IMG/VR virus record: IMGVR_UViG_3300011114_001021
Span: 1-56,044 of that record
Direction: 5' to 3' (one strand)
Source: a virus
Lineage: Duplodnaviria > Caudoviricetes
DNA length: 56,044 bases
A program made the position numbers and the translations under genes. Each line of letters starts with the position of its first letter. The first letter of the stretch is position 1. The notes beneath the pieces were generated by a model. The model saw only the letters and a list, made by a program, of their open reading frames with translations. It made no database searches and was not told where the DNA came from. Positions 9,223-19,053 of the stretch are shown here, in pieces.

Positions 9223-11451
9223 CTAATGTGGCCGCCAATTTGGCTTAATTGCAAGAAATGCATCTTTAAAACGCTTAGGGAGTGAATCATTGCCGAACGT
9301 GTAGCCGAGTTCTAACTGGTGAAAAGCGTTCGCTTTCGAGCCAGATCCTCTAATCTCATCATAGAATTTATTCACATCGGCCGGTGATAATCCTTTATTC
9401 GATAAAAAAACCCTAATAGTGTCGACACTCGTTCTCCTTCCTTCGGCCGAATTAGCAAAGTCGTAATATTCTTGTGCCATAGATGTGTAATCGTCATTAT
9501 CAGCGGTAAGATGGAAAGAAGGAGTAGGAGCGGAAGCAGTCGCGGGCCCGCGCGCGGGATTGGCAACAGCCATAGATTTAGTGTCCATGTCAGCAGCTGC
9601 TGCACGACCAGCTGCCACATTTTCTGCTGAAGCTGCCACAGATGCTGCTGTGTCTGTGTTGTTCAATGCGGCTTTAATAGTATCCACGTAGCCAGTAGTA
9701 GCGGATTTCCCCTCAAAATCCCGAGCAAGTTTAATAAGGTTCTGTGGATCTTTCTCAGCTAGTTGGAGAAGTTGATGTTGATCGGCAGGATTTAAACCAT
9801 CCATCATCGAGTCTATGGAATATTTACAGTCTTCACCACTTTGACCAGCAAAAAGTTTTTTCAAGTTAGGATAGCCAGCCTCCTCCCCTGTTTGTATCAA
9901 ATTCAAATGCATTTTTAAACTTTCGACTCCGTCATCGCCGGCGGAACTGCCCCGCGTGATATTCTTGATAGCATTATCCATTGTACCATTTGCATCAATC
10001 TTAGAATAGTATTTGGAACCATTTAACTCATGCTCATGTGTGTACTCCGATGTCGCAGTCGCTGCTGCAGCTACAGGAGCGGCAGCAGCAGGAGGCGCTC
10101 CAGCAGGAGGCGTAGCAGCGTTTACAATCCCAGAACCAATCTTCGAAGCACCTTTTAGCGCCTCACCGGCGACGGCAGTCGCACCGATGGTCGCGATAGC
10201 TTTTCCTGCTGCCTTTATGCCCCCGACCGCAGCCTGCTTAGCAACCTTTCCCCATTGGAATTTACCACCGGCTTTCTTTTGAGCTATGACTTCTTTTGCA
10301 CCTGACACGGCGGTTCCGCCGATGGCGGCGACAGCTACTATACCTTTAGCCGCCGCAACCTTAGCTATCACGGCTGTTGCTAATGCGCCAACACCACCGG
10401 CGCCGACAACAGCCAAACCACCAATAGTAGCTATCAATCCTAGGCCACCCCAGAACATGATTGGATGCTTCTTGGCAAAAGCTCCGGTCTTCGAGACACG
10501 CGATTTGATTTTGTCTAAGAAACCGGGACTCTTCTTTGCTTCAGGACTATTTGCTAATTCGTCTTTAATCGATTCAGCTTCAGCTTTGGCTTCTGGCTTG
10601 TTTAAGAGCGCTTCCACTTTCTTAACACCGCCAGGACCGTTCGCGATATCGACCAACTTCTTAAAGTTTGCAGGATCGTTTTCGGCCATGGCCATTACCG
10701 CCTTCATCATCGCCTCTTGACCAACGGCTGCAGATGCGGTCTGTTGCGGCACGGGAGGAGGAGTAGACTTTGCAGAAATTACTCGAGGAGCTGCAGGAGT
10801 ATCTTGCGGCACGGGAGGAGGAATTACTGAAGGTTGTTTCGATGTCTGTTTGGCCGCTGTCTCTCCTGCCGGCGCAGCTGCGCCGGGCGCAGGCGCTGCT
10901 TCTTTTGCTTTTGCAGCAGTGCGATTTATTATTGGAGGTAGATTTGCACCCTTTCGCACGTTAGCAAGAATATCTTTGCTCTTCTGCGCGGCCGCCCCGA
11001 TGCGCGCTAACAGTCCCGAAGCCGCAGGTGCAGTACCTGTAGAACCTCGAGGTTCAGAAATTACTGGAGGCTCATCGGCACTCCTTCTTCCGAAATTCAC
11101 GGGGACAACGTTGGCCGGGGCAGAAGCGGCACGACGTGCGGCTTCTTTTGCTTTTGCTTTGATTTCTCGGGCCTCGCCCGGCAATGGTGGAAGTCCCGCT
11201 GCAGCGCGTTCACGTCTCTGCCGCGCAACATCCGCCTTAAGATCTTCAAAATCTTCGTTTAGAAGATCATGGTCTGAGATTGTCCGATGAGCGCTTTCGC
11301 TTAGTACACCTTCATTGAGAAGATTATCTACGCATGCTCGGGCTTCTTCAAGACGACGTACGTCATATTGAAAAGCCTCGCGTAAGATTTCCGTATTACG
11401 CTTACTCGCCTCCTCATTCAGGACGCGCTTAGCGGATTCATGAAGATGCAT
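9223..11451 (-). CDS. Ala/Pro-rich putative internal head/ejected protein with hydrophobic segments
   Basis: 742 aa; N-terminus MHLHESAKRVLNEE with several LxE sites; hydrophobic Gly/Ala stretch FWGGLGLIATIGGLAVVGAGG. Confidence 0.7.
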   Translation of the reverse strand: MHLHESAKRVLNEEASKRNTEILREAFQYDVRRLEEARACVDNLLNEGVLSESAHRTISDHDLLNEDFEDLKADVARQRRERAAAGLPPLPGEAREIKAKAKEAARRAASAPANVVPVNFGRRSADEPPVISEPRGSTGTAPAASGLLARIGAAAQKSKDILANVRKGANLPPIINRTAAKAKEAAPAPGAAAPAGETAAKQTSKQPSVIPPPVPQDTPAAPRVISAKSTPPPVPQQTASAAVGQEAMMKAVMAMAENDPANFKKLVDIANGPGGVKKVEALLNKPEAKAEAESIKDELANSPEAKKSPGFLDKIKSRVSKTGAFAKKHPIMFWGGLGLIATIGGLAVVGAGGVGALATAVIAKVAAAKGIVAVAAIGGTAVSGAKEVIAQKKAGGKFQWGKVAKQAAVGGIKAAGKAIATIGATAVAGEALKGASKIGSGIVNAATPPAGAPPAAAAPVAAAATATSEYTHEHELNGSKYYSKIDANGTMDNAIKNITRGSSAGDDGVESLKMHLNLIQTGEEAGYPNLKKLFAGQSGEDCKYSIDSMMDGLNPADQHQLLQLAEKDPQNLIKLARDFEGKSATTGYVDTIKAALNNTDTAASVAASAENVAAGRAAAADMDTKSMAVANPARGPATASAPTPSFHLTADNDDYTSMAQEYYDFANSAEGRRTSVDTIRVFLSNKGLSPADVNKFYDEIRGSGSKANAFHQLELGYTFGNDSLPKRFKDAFLAIKPNWRPH

Positions 11452-11460
11452 ACTGCAAAG

Positions 11461-12339
11461 TTACGCTTTGACTTTGATCGTAGGAATCTTAGTTTCTTTG
11501 CCGAGCTCATAAAGAACCGTAATGCACTTGACACCATTCTCATGAATAAATTCTTCGAGCTCATCTTTGCTCAGAAGTAACGTCGCTTCTTCGCCATCTT
11601 TTTTACAGACGGCCACAAACTTAGGTTTGTCTGCACTTTTCTTAGGAGCTTTAGTCTTCTCAGGAGCTTCGTCGGGAACTTCTGCAGTACTATTAGGAGC
11701 CGCAGCTGGAGCCTCAGGTGCTTCAACATCCGCCGTTAATCCGGCGACGTCAATATCAGGAGGTGTGGAAACAGCCTCGCCGAGCATAACTCTTAAAGCC
11801 GAATCGGAAATAGATTTAAAGGATTTTGTTTGCATGATACGTTTATTTATAGTTTTTTTGCTTTTAACAGATTTTCGAGAGCGAAGAGGCGCGTCAAATC
11901 CTTGAATGGCTGCAGTAGACATGTCTTCTTCATTGACATCTCCACTCTTCGAAGAAATTTCTTTCCTACCGCTGATAGCCTTCGAATTCCAGATGATGTA
12001 GAGAATGTCGTGGTAAACTCCATCGATTACCCCTTCAATCTTTACGCCATCTCTCCGACCAATTCTCTTAATCTTGGAGATTCGATCGATGAATTCTCGT
12101 AGATTCTTAGATTCGCCATCGATGAGAGTGAGATTCGAAGTATCAATATCGGCTCGATCGAGCGACGTACCAAATGATCGAGCCGTTGTATTAGATGAAG
12201 TGAAGAAGAAACCTAGATTGGCCGGTGCATATGATGCCAATTTCGAGGAATCATAGCCGCTTCCTGCAAAAGGTTTGCGTCTACCTTGATATGCAACTTC
12301 AATAGGCATTAGATATCTTGGAGGCGTTTGACGATGCAC
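11461..12339 (-). CDS. putative internal head protein with ADP-ribosyltransferase-like (polyvalent ART) domain
   Basis: AYQG...GFFFTS...A.SF...DGVKI...YIIW pattern; internal MQTKSFKSISDSALRVMLGEA motif. Confidence 0.55.
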   Translation of the reverse strand: MHRQTPPRYLMPIEVAYQGRRKPFAGSGYDSSKLASYAPANLGFFFTSSNTTARSFGTSLDRADIDTSNLTLIDGESKNLREFIDRISKIKRIGRRDGVKIEGVIDGVYHDILYIIWNSKAISGRKEISSKSGDVNEEDMSTAAIQGFDAPLRSRKSVKSKKTINKRIMQTKSFKSISDSALRVMLGEAVSTPPDIDVAGLTADVEAPEAPAAAPNSTAEVPDEAPEKTKAPKKSADKPKFVAVCKKDGEEATLLLSKDELEEFIHENGVKCITVLYELGKETKIPTIKVKA

Positions 12340-12680
12340 ATGTCGGATTTGACAGAGCTCATCATATTGTCTGGAAGGTAATTAAGAAAAATTAGGAATG
12401 GCTTCAGTACTTCCCACAAATTCTTTTCAATTCGAAAAAACATCATATGATTGGCCGCTGAAATTGGAAAGACGTTGTAGATTGATATGATATGATTGAG
12501 GATCAGCCTTTCGCGAATCTCTCCACATTCTATGTATTTTCGAAGAAGACGCTTAATATATTTGAACTTAGCCAGATCATCGTAGAATTCCTCGATCGAT
12601 AGGCATTGAGGATTTTGATAATGTCTAATAGCATAGGCCTCGAAGTTGCTCTCCGTAAGCTTGCCAAATAGCTTCAACAT
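12309..12680 (-). CDS. conserved T4-like hypothetical protein
   Basis: LTESNF..YA..HY.NPQC...EFYDDL..FKYIKRL, RLILNH; start reassigned to MLKLFGK. Confidence 0.75.
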   Translation of the reverse strand: MLKLFGKLTESNFEAYAIRHYQNPQCLSIEEFYDDLAKFKYIKRLLRKYIECGEIRERLILNHIISIYNVFPISAANHMMFFRIEKNLWEVLKPFLIFLNYLPDNMMSSVKSDMCIVKRLQDI

Positions 12681-12705
12681 AATAAAGCAAAGGGACTGAG
12701 GGCCA

Positions 12706-12957
12706 TCAATACATGAATGTAATCGGTGTGGCCAGAAGTACACCCGAGATAGACGTAAGTGTATCCCCCGCATCTTTAAAGAGATAGGTAGGTTCAGTCG
12801 TGAGAATCGTGCAAGAGGATGTATTTTGACCCAGATAATTCTTCTTCTGAATTGTGCCGATTGTCGTTGCAACGACGCGGACAAGCAACGAATCATAGAC
12901 CGTCGTTGCTGTAGATCCCAGAGCCAATTCCGAATTTATTAAATTTATTGCGCGCAT
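12706..12957 (-). CDS. hypothetical (virion-associated?) protein
   Basis: 83 aa ORF just after a GATAAATA late-type box. Confidence 0.6.
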   Translation of the reverse strand: MRAINLINSELALGSTATTVYDSLLVRVVATTIGTIQKKNYLGQNTSSCTILTTEPTYLFKDAGDTLTSISGVLLATPITFMY

Positions 12958-12980
12958 ATGCTTTATTTATCCGAGTATTA

Positions 12981-13352
12981 CTAACCGGCCTTGTAAAGAT
13001 AGCGGCCGGTTCCAACGTCTAGAAATATATCGACCTCATTCTCAATGCCCACGTCTTTGAGATATGAGAGCTGCCGATGAGTCAGACGGGCATTTGTATC
13101 AATATCAACCAGTGTTTGATTGTGTTCATGAACCAGCCGCGCCCATCCACGTCGGCCAAGTATTTCATCGGGCGTATATGGCATGCCTCTAAGTTCTTCG
13201 GCTTCATCTCCCAAGATATCCTTGGCTACCTTCTCATGTTCCATTCTCGATCTGACTGGATATTCCTTTCCAGAAGGAGAGAGCCATCCGCCATAGCCGC
13301 GGCTTTCACAGAGACAAACATCTCGAATGGTTTGATAGAGAGTGCAGGCCAT
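12981..13352 (-). CDS. putative internal head protein
   Basis: LYQTIRDVCLCES N-terminus; GWLSPSG...H...GW.R domain. Confidence 0.65.
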   Translation of the reverse strand: MACTLYQTIRDVCLCESRGYGGWLSPSGKEYPVRSRMEHEKVAKDILGDEAEELRGMPYTPDEILGRRGWARLVHEHNQTLVDIDTNARLTHRQLSYLKDVGIENEVDIFLDVGTGRYLYKAG

Positions 13353-13441
13353 GATTGGAATTTAATTGTTCTTCACCGTTACTCTATAGAGATCTTTTTG
13401 ATAATCATCGATTATCGAGAAACCCGGCTACCCATACCCTC

Positions 13442-15040
13442 TTAGAGACTGGAATTGCGCCGATCGTCATTATCCAACCATTCGGCCACAAACGAAAGAA
13501 GTCTTTGAGCTTGCTCAATCTTGCTTTGAATTCCAGGAGGAGCTTCATTTTTTCGATTGATCAAACTGGCAACACGCGAAGCGGCTTCTTCACATTGATC
13601 GGCGAGTCGAGAACTTTTAGTTTCACCCATATCCTCTTTTACCGTCTTCTTTTCTTTGCTATTTTCGAGAGGCGGAAGCTTAAAATGTTTTCGAAGTTCA
13701 TCGCCATAACTGGCAATGAAATGATTGAACTGAGGCATGAGCTCAACATCGATGCCTTCTGTTCCTTGACCGGCTATCAATTGCTTCAGGGATTCGGCGT
13801 GATCATTGGCATATTGCTTATCGAAAGTGGTCATAACATCCGCATCTTCTCCGAGAAGTGCCACCATAGCCATTTCCTTCAAACGCTTAGGCATTGGTTC
13901 CGAGAAGCGCTGCTTGGCTTTAGGTTCATCGGCTCCAAGCTTTCCAGAGGGAGCCGTGTTGGCAACCTTCTCGGCGGACTGGGCACCGGATTGTTTAGAA
14001 CCAGAAGCCTTAGGATCCGAGGCGTTTCTAGACGCGGATTTTTTAATTGCCGCGGTAGTCTTAATTTCGGTTTTCTCTCCGTCAATCTCATCAATCTTAG
14101 GATTCCCCTGAGCCGAAGGAGCCGTTGCACGCTTGGCCGAAGCTTTAATCGCCGCAACATTGGCCAGATCACGCTTTTCGCCATCAATATCTTCGGCTTT
14201 GGAAAAGCTAGTGCCCATGGGCAACTTCGGTTTACAATCTCCCATAGCCTCAATTCCAGACTGATCATCTTGATTTACATCGGCACTTTTATTGACGAGA
14301 TGGGCGCCTTTGAATTTCCTTTCACCACTAGCCGCAGGCTCTTCGATACCTTCTCGCACCGTCGAACCGGCTTTATTAACGGCTTTCTGAGCTTCGAAAA
14401 AAGCTGCCATGGCCATGTTGATACGTTCGCCCCTAGATTTCCCCTTGAACTTAGCGTCATTGGAATTTATAAAATCGTTAATCCATTCGGAAGTTGGTTG
14501 GTTTGCCTTGAGTGCCTCGATAACCATTTCTTTCGACCAATCGGTCGCTTTACGGCCTTCCGAAACCAGATCCCAGTTGCTACCGCTTAAGTTAACTTCA
14601 ACATCTCCGCCATCTTCATCCGTGCAATAGGCCGTATCACCAAGGATTTCATCGACCACACACCACTTTCCATCAATACGAAGCTCAGTGCCAACAGTGA
14701 TGTCTTTATGGCCGGCTTTACGGCCTTCCGAAACCAGATCCCAGTCGCCATAGACGTCGACTTCAACATCTCCGCCATCTTCATCCGTGCAATAGGCCGT
14801 ATCACCAACGATTTCATCGACCACACATCGCTTTCCATTGACGCGAAGCTCTGAGCCAACGGAGATGTCCGAAGACTTATCACCATCATCATCATCGGCA
14901 TCATCGTCTTTATAGCCGGCCATATGATCGGCAGTATGGCCTTCAGTAGTTACGACTTTTGGCTTAAGCTTCTGAGCCGATTCATCGATGACTTGATAGG
15001 CGGCGAGGGCAATTGATTTAGTAATTTTATCGGAGAACAT
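13442..15040 (-). CDS. putative internal head polyprotein with duplicated SH3/KOW-like module
   Basis: Two copies of DI.VG.ELR..GK.CVVDEI.GDTAYCTDEDGGDVEV...WDLVSEGRKA; late promoter at 15063. Confidence 0.75.
   Translation of the reverse strand: MFSDKITKSIALAAYQVIDESAQKLKPKVVTTEGHTADHMAGYKDDDADDDDGDKSSDISVGSELRVNGKRCVVDEIVGDTAYCTDEDGGDVEVDVYGDWDLVSEGRKAGHKDITVGTELRIDGKWCVVDEILGDTAYCTDEDGGDVEVNLSGSNWDLVSEGRKATDWSKEMVIEALKANQPTSEWINDFINSNDAKFKGKSRGERINMAMAAFFEAQKAVNKAGSTVREGIEEPAASGERKFKGAHLVNKSADVNQDDQSGIEAMGDCKPKLPMGTSFSKAEDIDGEKRDLANVAAIKASAKRATAPSAQGNPKIDEIDGEKTEIKTTAAIKKSASRNASDPKASGSKQSGAQSAEKVANTAPSGKLGADEPKAKQRFSEPMPKRLKEMAMVALLGEDADVMTTFDKQYANDHAESLKQLIAGQGTEGIDVELMPQFNHFIASYGDELRKHFKLPPLENSKEKKTVKEDMGETKSSRLADQCEEAASRVASLINRKNEAPPGIQSKIEQAQRLLSFVAEWLDNDDRRNSSL
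14549..14870 (-). repeat. intragenic tandem duplication (about 165 bp x 2)
   Basis: Long near-identical stretches, e.g. acttcaacatctccgccatcttcatccgtgcaataggccgtatcacc and tttacggccttccgaaaccagatcccagt each occur twice. Confidence 0.9.
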
Positions 15041-15062
15041 AATAGATTATTGTTATTGAAAG

Positions 15063-15070
15063 TATTTATA
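15063..15070 (-). promoter_or_regulatory. T4-type late promoter TATAAATA
   Basis: Exact match upstream of 13442..15040. Confidence 0.8.
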
Positions 15071-15075
15071 GGTTG

Positions 15076-16077
15076 CTAAATTCCGGCTGAAGGAACCGGA
15101 AGAAGAGGAATATTTGTAATATTCGGATTTACGGGATTTACGCATATCATTTTCGGAGAATCCGTCTTTCCCTTACTCGTTTGCAATAGGTAGTAATCAT
15201 AGACCGATTGAAGTCCTGCATGGAGAGCTGCGATTTTATGTCCAACCCAGGCTGGAAATTCGGGATAATTTGGCAATGCTGCAAAGAGATCATCGGCCAT
15301 ATCGGCGATCTCGTCGAGTTCCAGACGAGTTATTTCCATGGAATCGATATCCTTTCCGCCGTCCATGCATTCAGTCAAAGGAGGCTGCTCTCTCTTTCGA
15401 GGATTTGCTCTATTGAAATCCGAGATGGCCATTTTTACTCGAGCAGATTCGGATTTCCCGGAAAATCGGCTTTGATTGGATTTCTTATATTCTTCGATTA
15501 GGTTTTCGATTAACTTCGAATTCGATGTTGCAGGAGATTTGGTAGGCACACCGCGCTGTTTGCTATCACTCTTACCATTTGCCAAGTTCTCTTTTACACA
15601 GTTGTTAACACGCTTATCACCTTTAATCTTCGTGCCCTTCTTACGGTACCCTTTCCAGCACTTAGAGTCCAATCGCTGTTTGGCTTCGTTGACTTCCGAT
15701 CCAGAAATTAGCTCCAGCTCGAAGTCATACAATTCATCCTTCGTGAGTTCTCTTGGATATTGAATCGTTCCATGCCGCGCGCGGCCGGCCGGCGGGCCAT
15801 CGCTTCCAATGATGAATCCCTTTGGCTGAGCACCCATTCCCATGGGTCGATTGCGAAGTCCATATGTCCACCGTGGGCCAGTATAATCTTCGGAGAAAAC
15901 CCTATCATCGATCGCTTCATCGAGCACTTCTTCAAGCTTATCGCCAAACGCTGCAAATGGTTCTTGTTTATTCTTGCCAGCTTTAGGTGTATTGTCAACG
16001 GCAGCTTCCACTACAAACTTAAGTGTTTCATTGAGCTTAATGAAACCCAATCGAATTTTTTCCAAGGATGTGCTCAT
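15076..16077 (-). CDS. putative internal head polyprotein with DarA_C-like domain
   Basis: YGLRNRP.GMGAQPKG...RHGTIQYPRELT..EL.DFEL; CWKGY.K.G.K.KG...VNNCV module; many LxE sites. Confidence 0.7.
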   Translation of the reverse strand: MSTSLEKIRLGFIKLNETLKFVVEAAVDNTPKAGKNKQEPFAAFGDKLEEVLDEAIDDRVFSEDYTGPRWTYGLRNRPMGMGAQPKGFIIGSDGPPAGRARHGTIQYPRELTKDELYDFELELISGSEVNEAKQRLDSKCWKGYRKKGTKIKGDKRVNNCVKENLANGKSDSKQRGVPTKSPATSNSKLIENLIEEYKKSNQSRFSGKSESARVKMAISDFNRANPRKREQPPLTECMDGGKDIDSMEITRLELDEIADMADDLFAALPNYPEFPAWVGHKIAALHAGLQSVYDYYLLQTSKGKTDSPKMICVNPVNPNITNIPLLPVPSAGI

Positions 16078-17177
16078 ATTTTTTTAATCTTTTCCGCGTC
16101 GACATTGGCTGGTGCTAATTTTTTATATTTCTCAAAAGCCGCCTTTATCGTGTCTTCCGCGGTGCCAGGATACATTTCAAGATGTCGAATCTTGAAAACC
16201 GGATAATTGAAGTATGGATTAGGTTTGATAGTCTCTTCATAAACTCCATCGCTTTCGTCGAGTTTCTTCTTGAATCGCTTAAAGGCTGTTTCAATTATCA
16301 GAAGTTCGGATTCATGGCCTTTAATAGGATGGAATCTCAAGAAGCTCTCAATGATAGTCCGATCAGTTTCGCGAGTTAACAGACCTACAATTTTGATAGC
16401 TCGTTCAGATATCTCAGATTTCGGTTGATTTACCTCTCTAGAATTATTGATGTAGTGTCCTCGAATTTCTTCGGGAGACCACTTATTCTCCATCGACTTA
16501 CGGCCCTTGAACCACGTAATTAACTTCCCATCTGAATCAATAGACTTCGGCCAATCTACGGCTTCATCGGGATCGGAGGTTTCGAAAGGCTTTCCGTTTA
16601 CGAAAAGCGAACCATACCTGACTTCAAGCTTGTCTGTAGCTTTGAGAGCAATTTCGACATTCTTCGATTCAATCGATTCATTTTTCTTCGAATCCATCAA
16701 TTTCGATACCTTTGCCATGAGCATTTTGCGATATAATTCAACAGAGCCATAGTTCTTGATAGCATGATCGACATCTGGATTTATAATTAACTTGTTAATC
16801 GAATCAATGTCCATTGCTCTATCATCAGCCGATTCTACCACATCATCTTTAGTATTCTTAATCTTCTTATTCCCAAGAAATTCTGAGGCTGCTTGTTTTG
16901 CTTTCATGAAAGCCAGGGGAACACCGGCCGGCGTGTGGTAGATTTCATTGCCAGATTTGGCATCCTTTGCATAATATGCCACCGTGATTCTATTCATCAG
17001 ATTGAAAATAACAAACTTCGAACCATTAGATAGAACTGCTTCCTGTGTACCTACATCTGGATCGACTGTTGTCCACTTCAAGTCTTCTTCATTGAGCTGC
17101 GTATGTGATTCGATAAAATTCATGTTACTATTTATTGATGGCTTCAATATCCTGAAGCCAATGTTTTTTTGAATCAT
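16074..17177 (-). CDS. putative internal head polyprotein
   Basis: Probable start MNFIESHTQLNEE; repeated VES/NES/ISE/LDE sites. Confidence 0.65.
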   Translation of the reverse strand: MIQKNIGFRILKPSINSNMNFIESHTQLNEEDLKWTTVDPDVGTQEAVLSNGSKFVIFNLMNRITVAYYAKDAKSGNEIYHTPAGVPLAFMKAKQAASEFLGNKKIKNTKDDVVESADDRAMDIDSINKLIINPDVDHAIKNYGSVELYRKMLMAKVSKLMDSKKNESIESKNVEIALKATDKLEVRYGSLFVNGKPFETSDPDEAVDWPKSIDSDGKLITWFKGRKSMENKWSPEEIRGHYINNSREVNQPKSEISERAIKIVGLLTRETDRTIIESFLRFHPIKGHESELLIIETAFKRFKKKLDESDGVYEETIKPNPYFNYPVFKIRHLEMYPGTAEDTIKAAFEKYKKLAPANVDAEKIKKI

Positions 17178-17949
17178 TCGTGACTAGGAAATTAGGTCCG
17201 CGCTCCATGATCTGCAGAACTTCGCCCCCCTTCAAGCGAACAGGGTCTCCAACATTAAAGATCTCTCCGCGCACGTAGGCTTCACGAATAGAGGATAGGG
17301 GCGTGAGTTGAATGTGTTCACGAAAATTAACTGTTTCCTTTAATCCCATGCGCTTACGAACAAGATTGAACGCAAAGATTGAATCATTATATCCCTTCGG
17401 AAGGCCCTTTGAAAAGGATACCAAATCTCCGTCTCGGGCAGCCTGACGCATCTTAGAAGCTGACATGCCCTCGACGGAGTCTGAGTCCGGATCGCGATCA
17501 CCGGCCGAGACTACATCGATGCCGCTAGGAAAGTCATAGAAGCTTCCATTCTTCTGCTTCTGTCCTTGATACTTCTTTAGTAGATTCGAGAAGTCATCAA
17601 CTCGATCCTCACCGACAATCAGAACGAAACGAGCAAATCCATCTTTATATGCTTTCTCGGCAACGTCAAAGATAGTCTTGATGGATTCGTCCTCGATGAT
17701 ATTACGACCATGCTTGGGAAACATCGAACGCATCAGCTTAATCTTCTCGGAATAATGAAGAGGATTCTTGTTCTCATCTGTAGACTGAGAGACGTAGATC
17801 TTATAGGCGCCAGTCGCTCTAGACGCCACAGCATTCAGAAGCTTTTCATGGCCAATCGTGGGAGGATTGAATCGACCAAAGGTGACCGTGATCTCTTTGA
17901 TCGTCGCTTCGAGGAACTGACGAAATGATTTAAGATGACTCATATTCAC
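17128..17949 (-). CDS. cytidylyltransferase-like (HIGH-type nucleotidyltransferase)
   Basis: TFGRFNPPTIGH, NPL, VGEDR, SAGDRDPD, GMSASKMR; N-terminal LKSFRQFLEA. Confidence 0.85.
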   Translation of the reverse strand: MNMSHLKSFRQFLEATIKEITVTFGRFNPPTIGHEKLLNAVASRATGAYKIYVSQSTDENKNPLHYSEKIKLMRSMFPKHGRNIIEDESIKTIFDVAEKAYKDGFARFVLIVGEDRVDDFSNLLKKYQGQKQKNGSFYDFPSGIDVVSAGDRDPDSDSVEGMSASKMRQAARDGDLVSFSKGLPKGYNDSIFAFNLVRKRMGLKETVNFREHIQLTPLSSIREAYVRGEIFNVGDPVRLKGGEVLQIMERGPNFLVTNDSKKHWLQDIEAINK

Positions 17950-17952
17950 ATG

Positions 17953-18972
17953 TCAATTCATAGCTTTAACCATCGGCTTTGGTTTGCCCTGTGAAATACG
18001 ATCGATCGCAATGTCTTTGACTTTGACGTCCATGATGGCCATGACGCGCCCGAGTTTCGCGCCGCCGCCCGACTTGTTCGTATCCATAAAAATTATAGGA
18101 TGTTTCTTGAAATAATTATTATATGCCAGGGTTGCATACTCGAGCTCGAGCTTAGCAAATTCGCTTTTGAACTTACTTGTGCGGAGTTCATCCAAGGCCG
18201 ATGAAGGAATCGATTCACCTGCGCGTCCTGCGGGAAGATCTATATTGGCTTTGCGGCAAAGATTCATAATATTCTTAGTCGCCTCGGCCGTCTCGATCGA
18301 GATGCGGAATTCTTTGATGTAACCGCTATTGGTCTGAACCACGGCCTTGAGCTCATATGATTTATTACCCAGAGCCAGATCGCCCGATGATTCCGTGCCT
18401 GCCAGAATAACTCCATCGATCAGGTAATACATCAGAACCTCGCCAGGGCCAAAACCATGCTGCTCGCCATAACGAAAGAATGCTGAGAAATTCAGAGCCG
18501 AAGTCCGGAGGAGATCAATGGCCACATTAAGCTTCGAAGTGGCCGAATCCAGAGAATTTAATTTACGCAAAGCCATCAGCACGGGGCTCTGGGGATCGAG
18601 GTTCTTAAAGAATAAATTATTCAGGAGGTGCCGAATTTCATTTTTATGAGTCGTGCTCTTGAATCCATCGAGCGGAATATCCACGGACGTGCAAACTTCA
18701 AACTGTTTGAGCCAAACTTTATCCAGCTCTTGCTCCCCTTTAGCTTCATTCAACTTACTCGATAGACTATGATAGGCTCTAGACCTTCGCCGCTCAGCGC
18801 GCTCGATTACACGACGAGAATTCGCTTTGCGATAGGGAAGACCAGCCTCGCGAAGAGGACGACGACGCTTGTAGGTTTGTAGATTGATTAGGCCGTCATC
18901 GTCGACGTCATCAAGTGTATAGTCTACCGGTAAACGATCGTTGAATGTGCTACCTGAATTCGTGTTTCCCAT
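17953..18972 (-). CDS. putative head protein with PD-(D/E)XK-like nuclease domain
   Basis: GPGEVL...GDL...YELK spacing; LRE and LNE cleavage-type motifs; late promoter at 18985. Confidence 0.55.
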   Translation of the reverse strand: MGNTNSGSTFNDRLPVDYTLDDVDDDGLINLQTYKRRRPLREAGLPYRKANSRRVIERAERRRSRAYHSLSSKLNEAKGEQELDKVWLKQFEVCTSVDIPLDGFKSTTHKNEIRHLLNNLFFKNLDPQSPVLMALRKLNSLDSATSKLNVAIDLLRTSALNFSAFFRYGEQHGFGPGEVLMYYLIDGVILAGTESSGDLALGNKSYELKAVVQTNSGYIKEFRISIETAEATKNIMNLCRKANIDLPAGRAGESIPSSALDELRTSKFKSEFAKLELEYATLAYNNYFKKHPIIFMDTNKSGGGAKLGRVMAIMDVKVKDIAIDRISQGKPKPMVKAMN

Positions 18973-18984
18973 AAGATATACTCG

Positions 18985-18992
18985 TATTTATA
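18985..18992 (-). promoter_or_regulatory. late promoter TATAAATA
   Basis: Exact match. Confidence 0.8.
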
Positions 18993-19007
18993 CGATTTGC
19001 AGGTTCA

Positions 19008-19041
19008 ATAAAAACCCCATAGAGGTTAGTCTACGGGGTTT
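19008..19041 (-). terminator. intrinsic terminator
   Basis: AAACCCCGTAGA-CTAACC-TCTATGGGGTTT followed by T-tract. Confidence 0.8.
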
Positions 19042-19053
19042 GAAGAGAGGAAA

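Noticed and set aside
13355-14590. 411-aa plus-strand ORF
   Set aside because: Antisense shadow of the 532-aa minus-strand gene; no recognisable motifs
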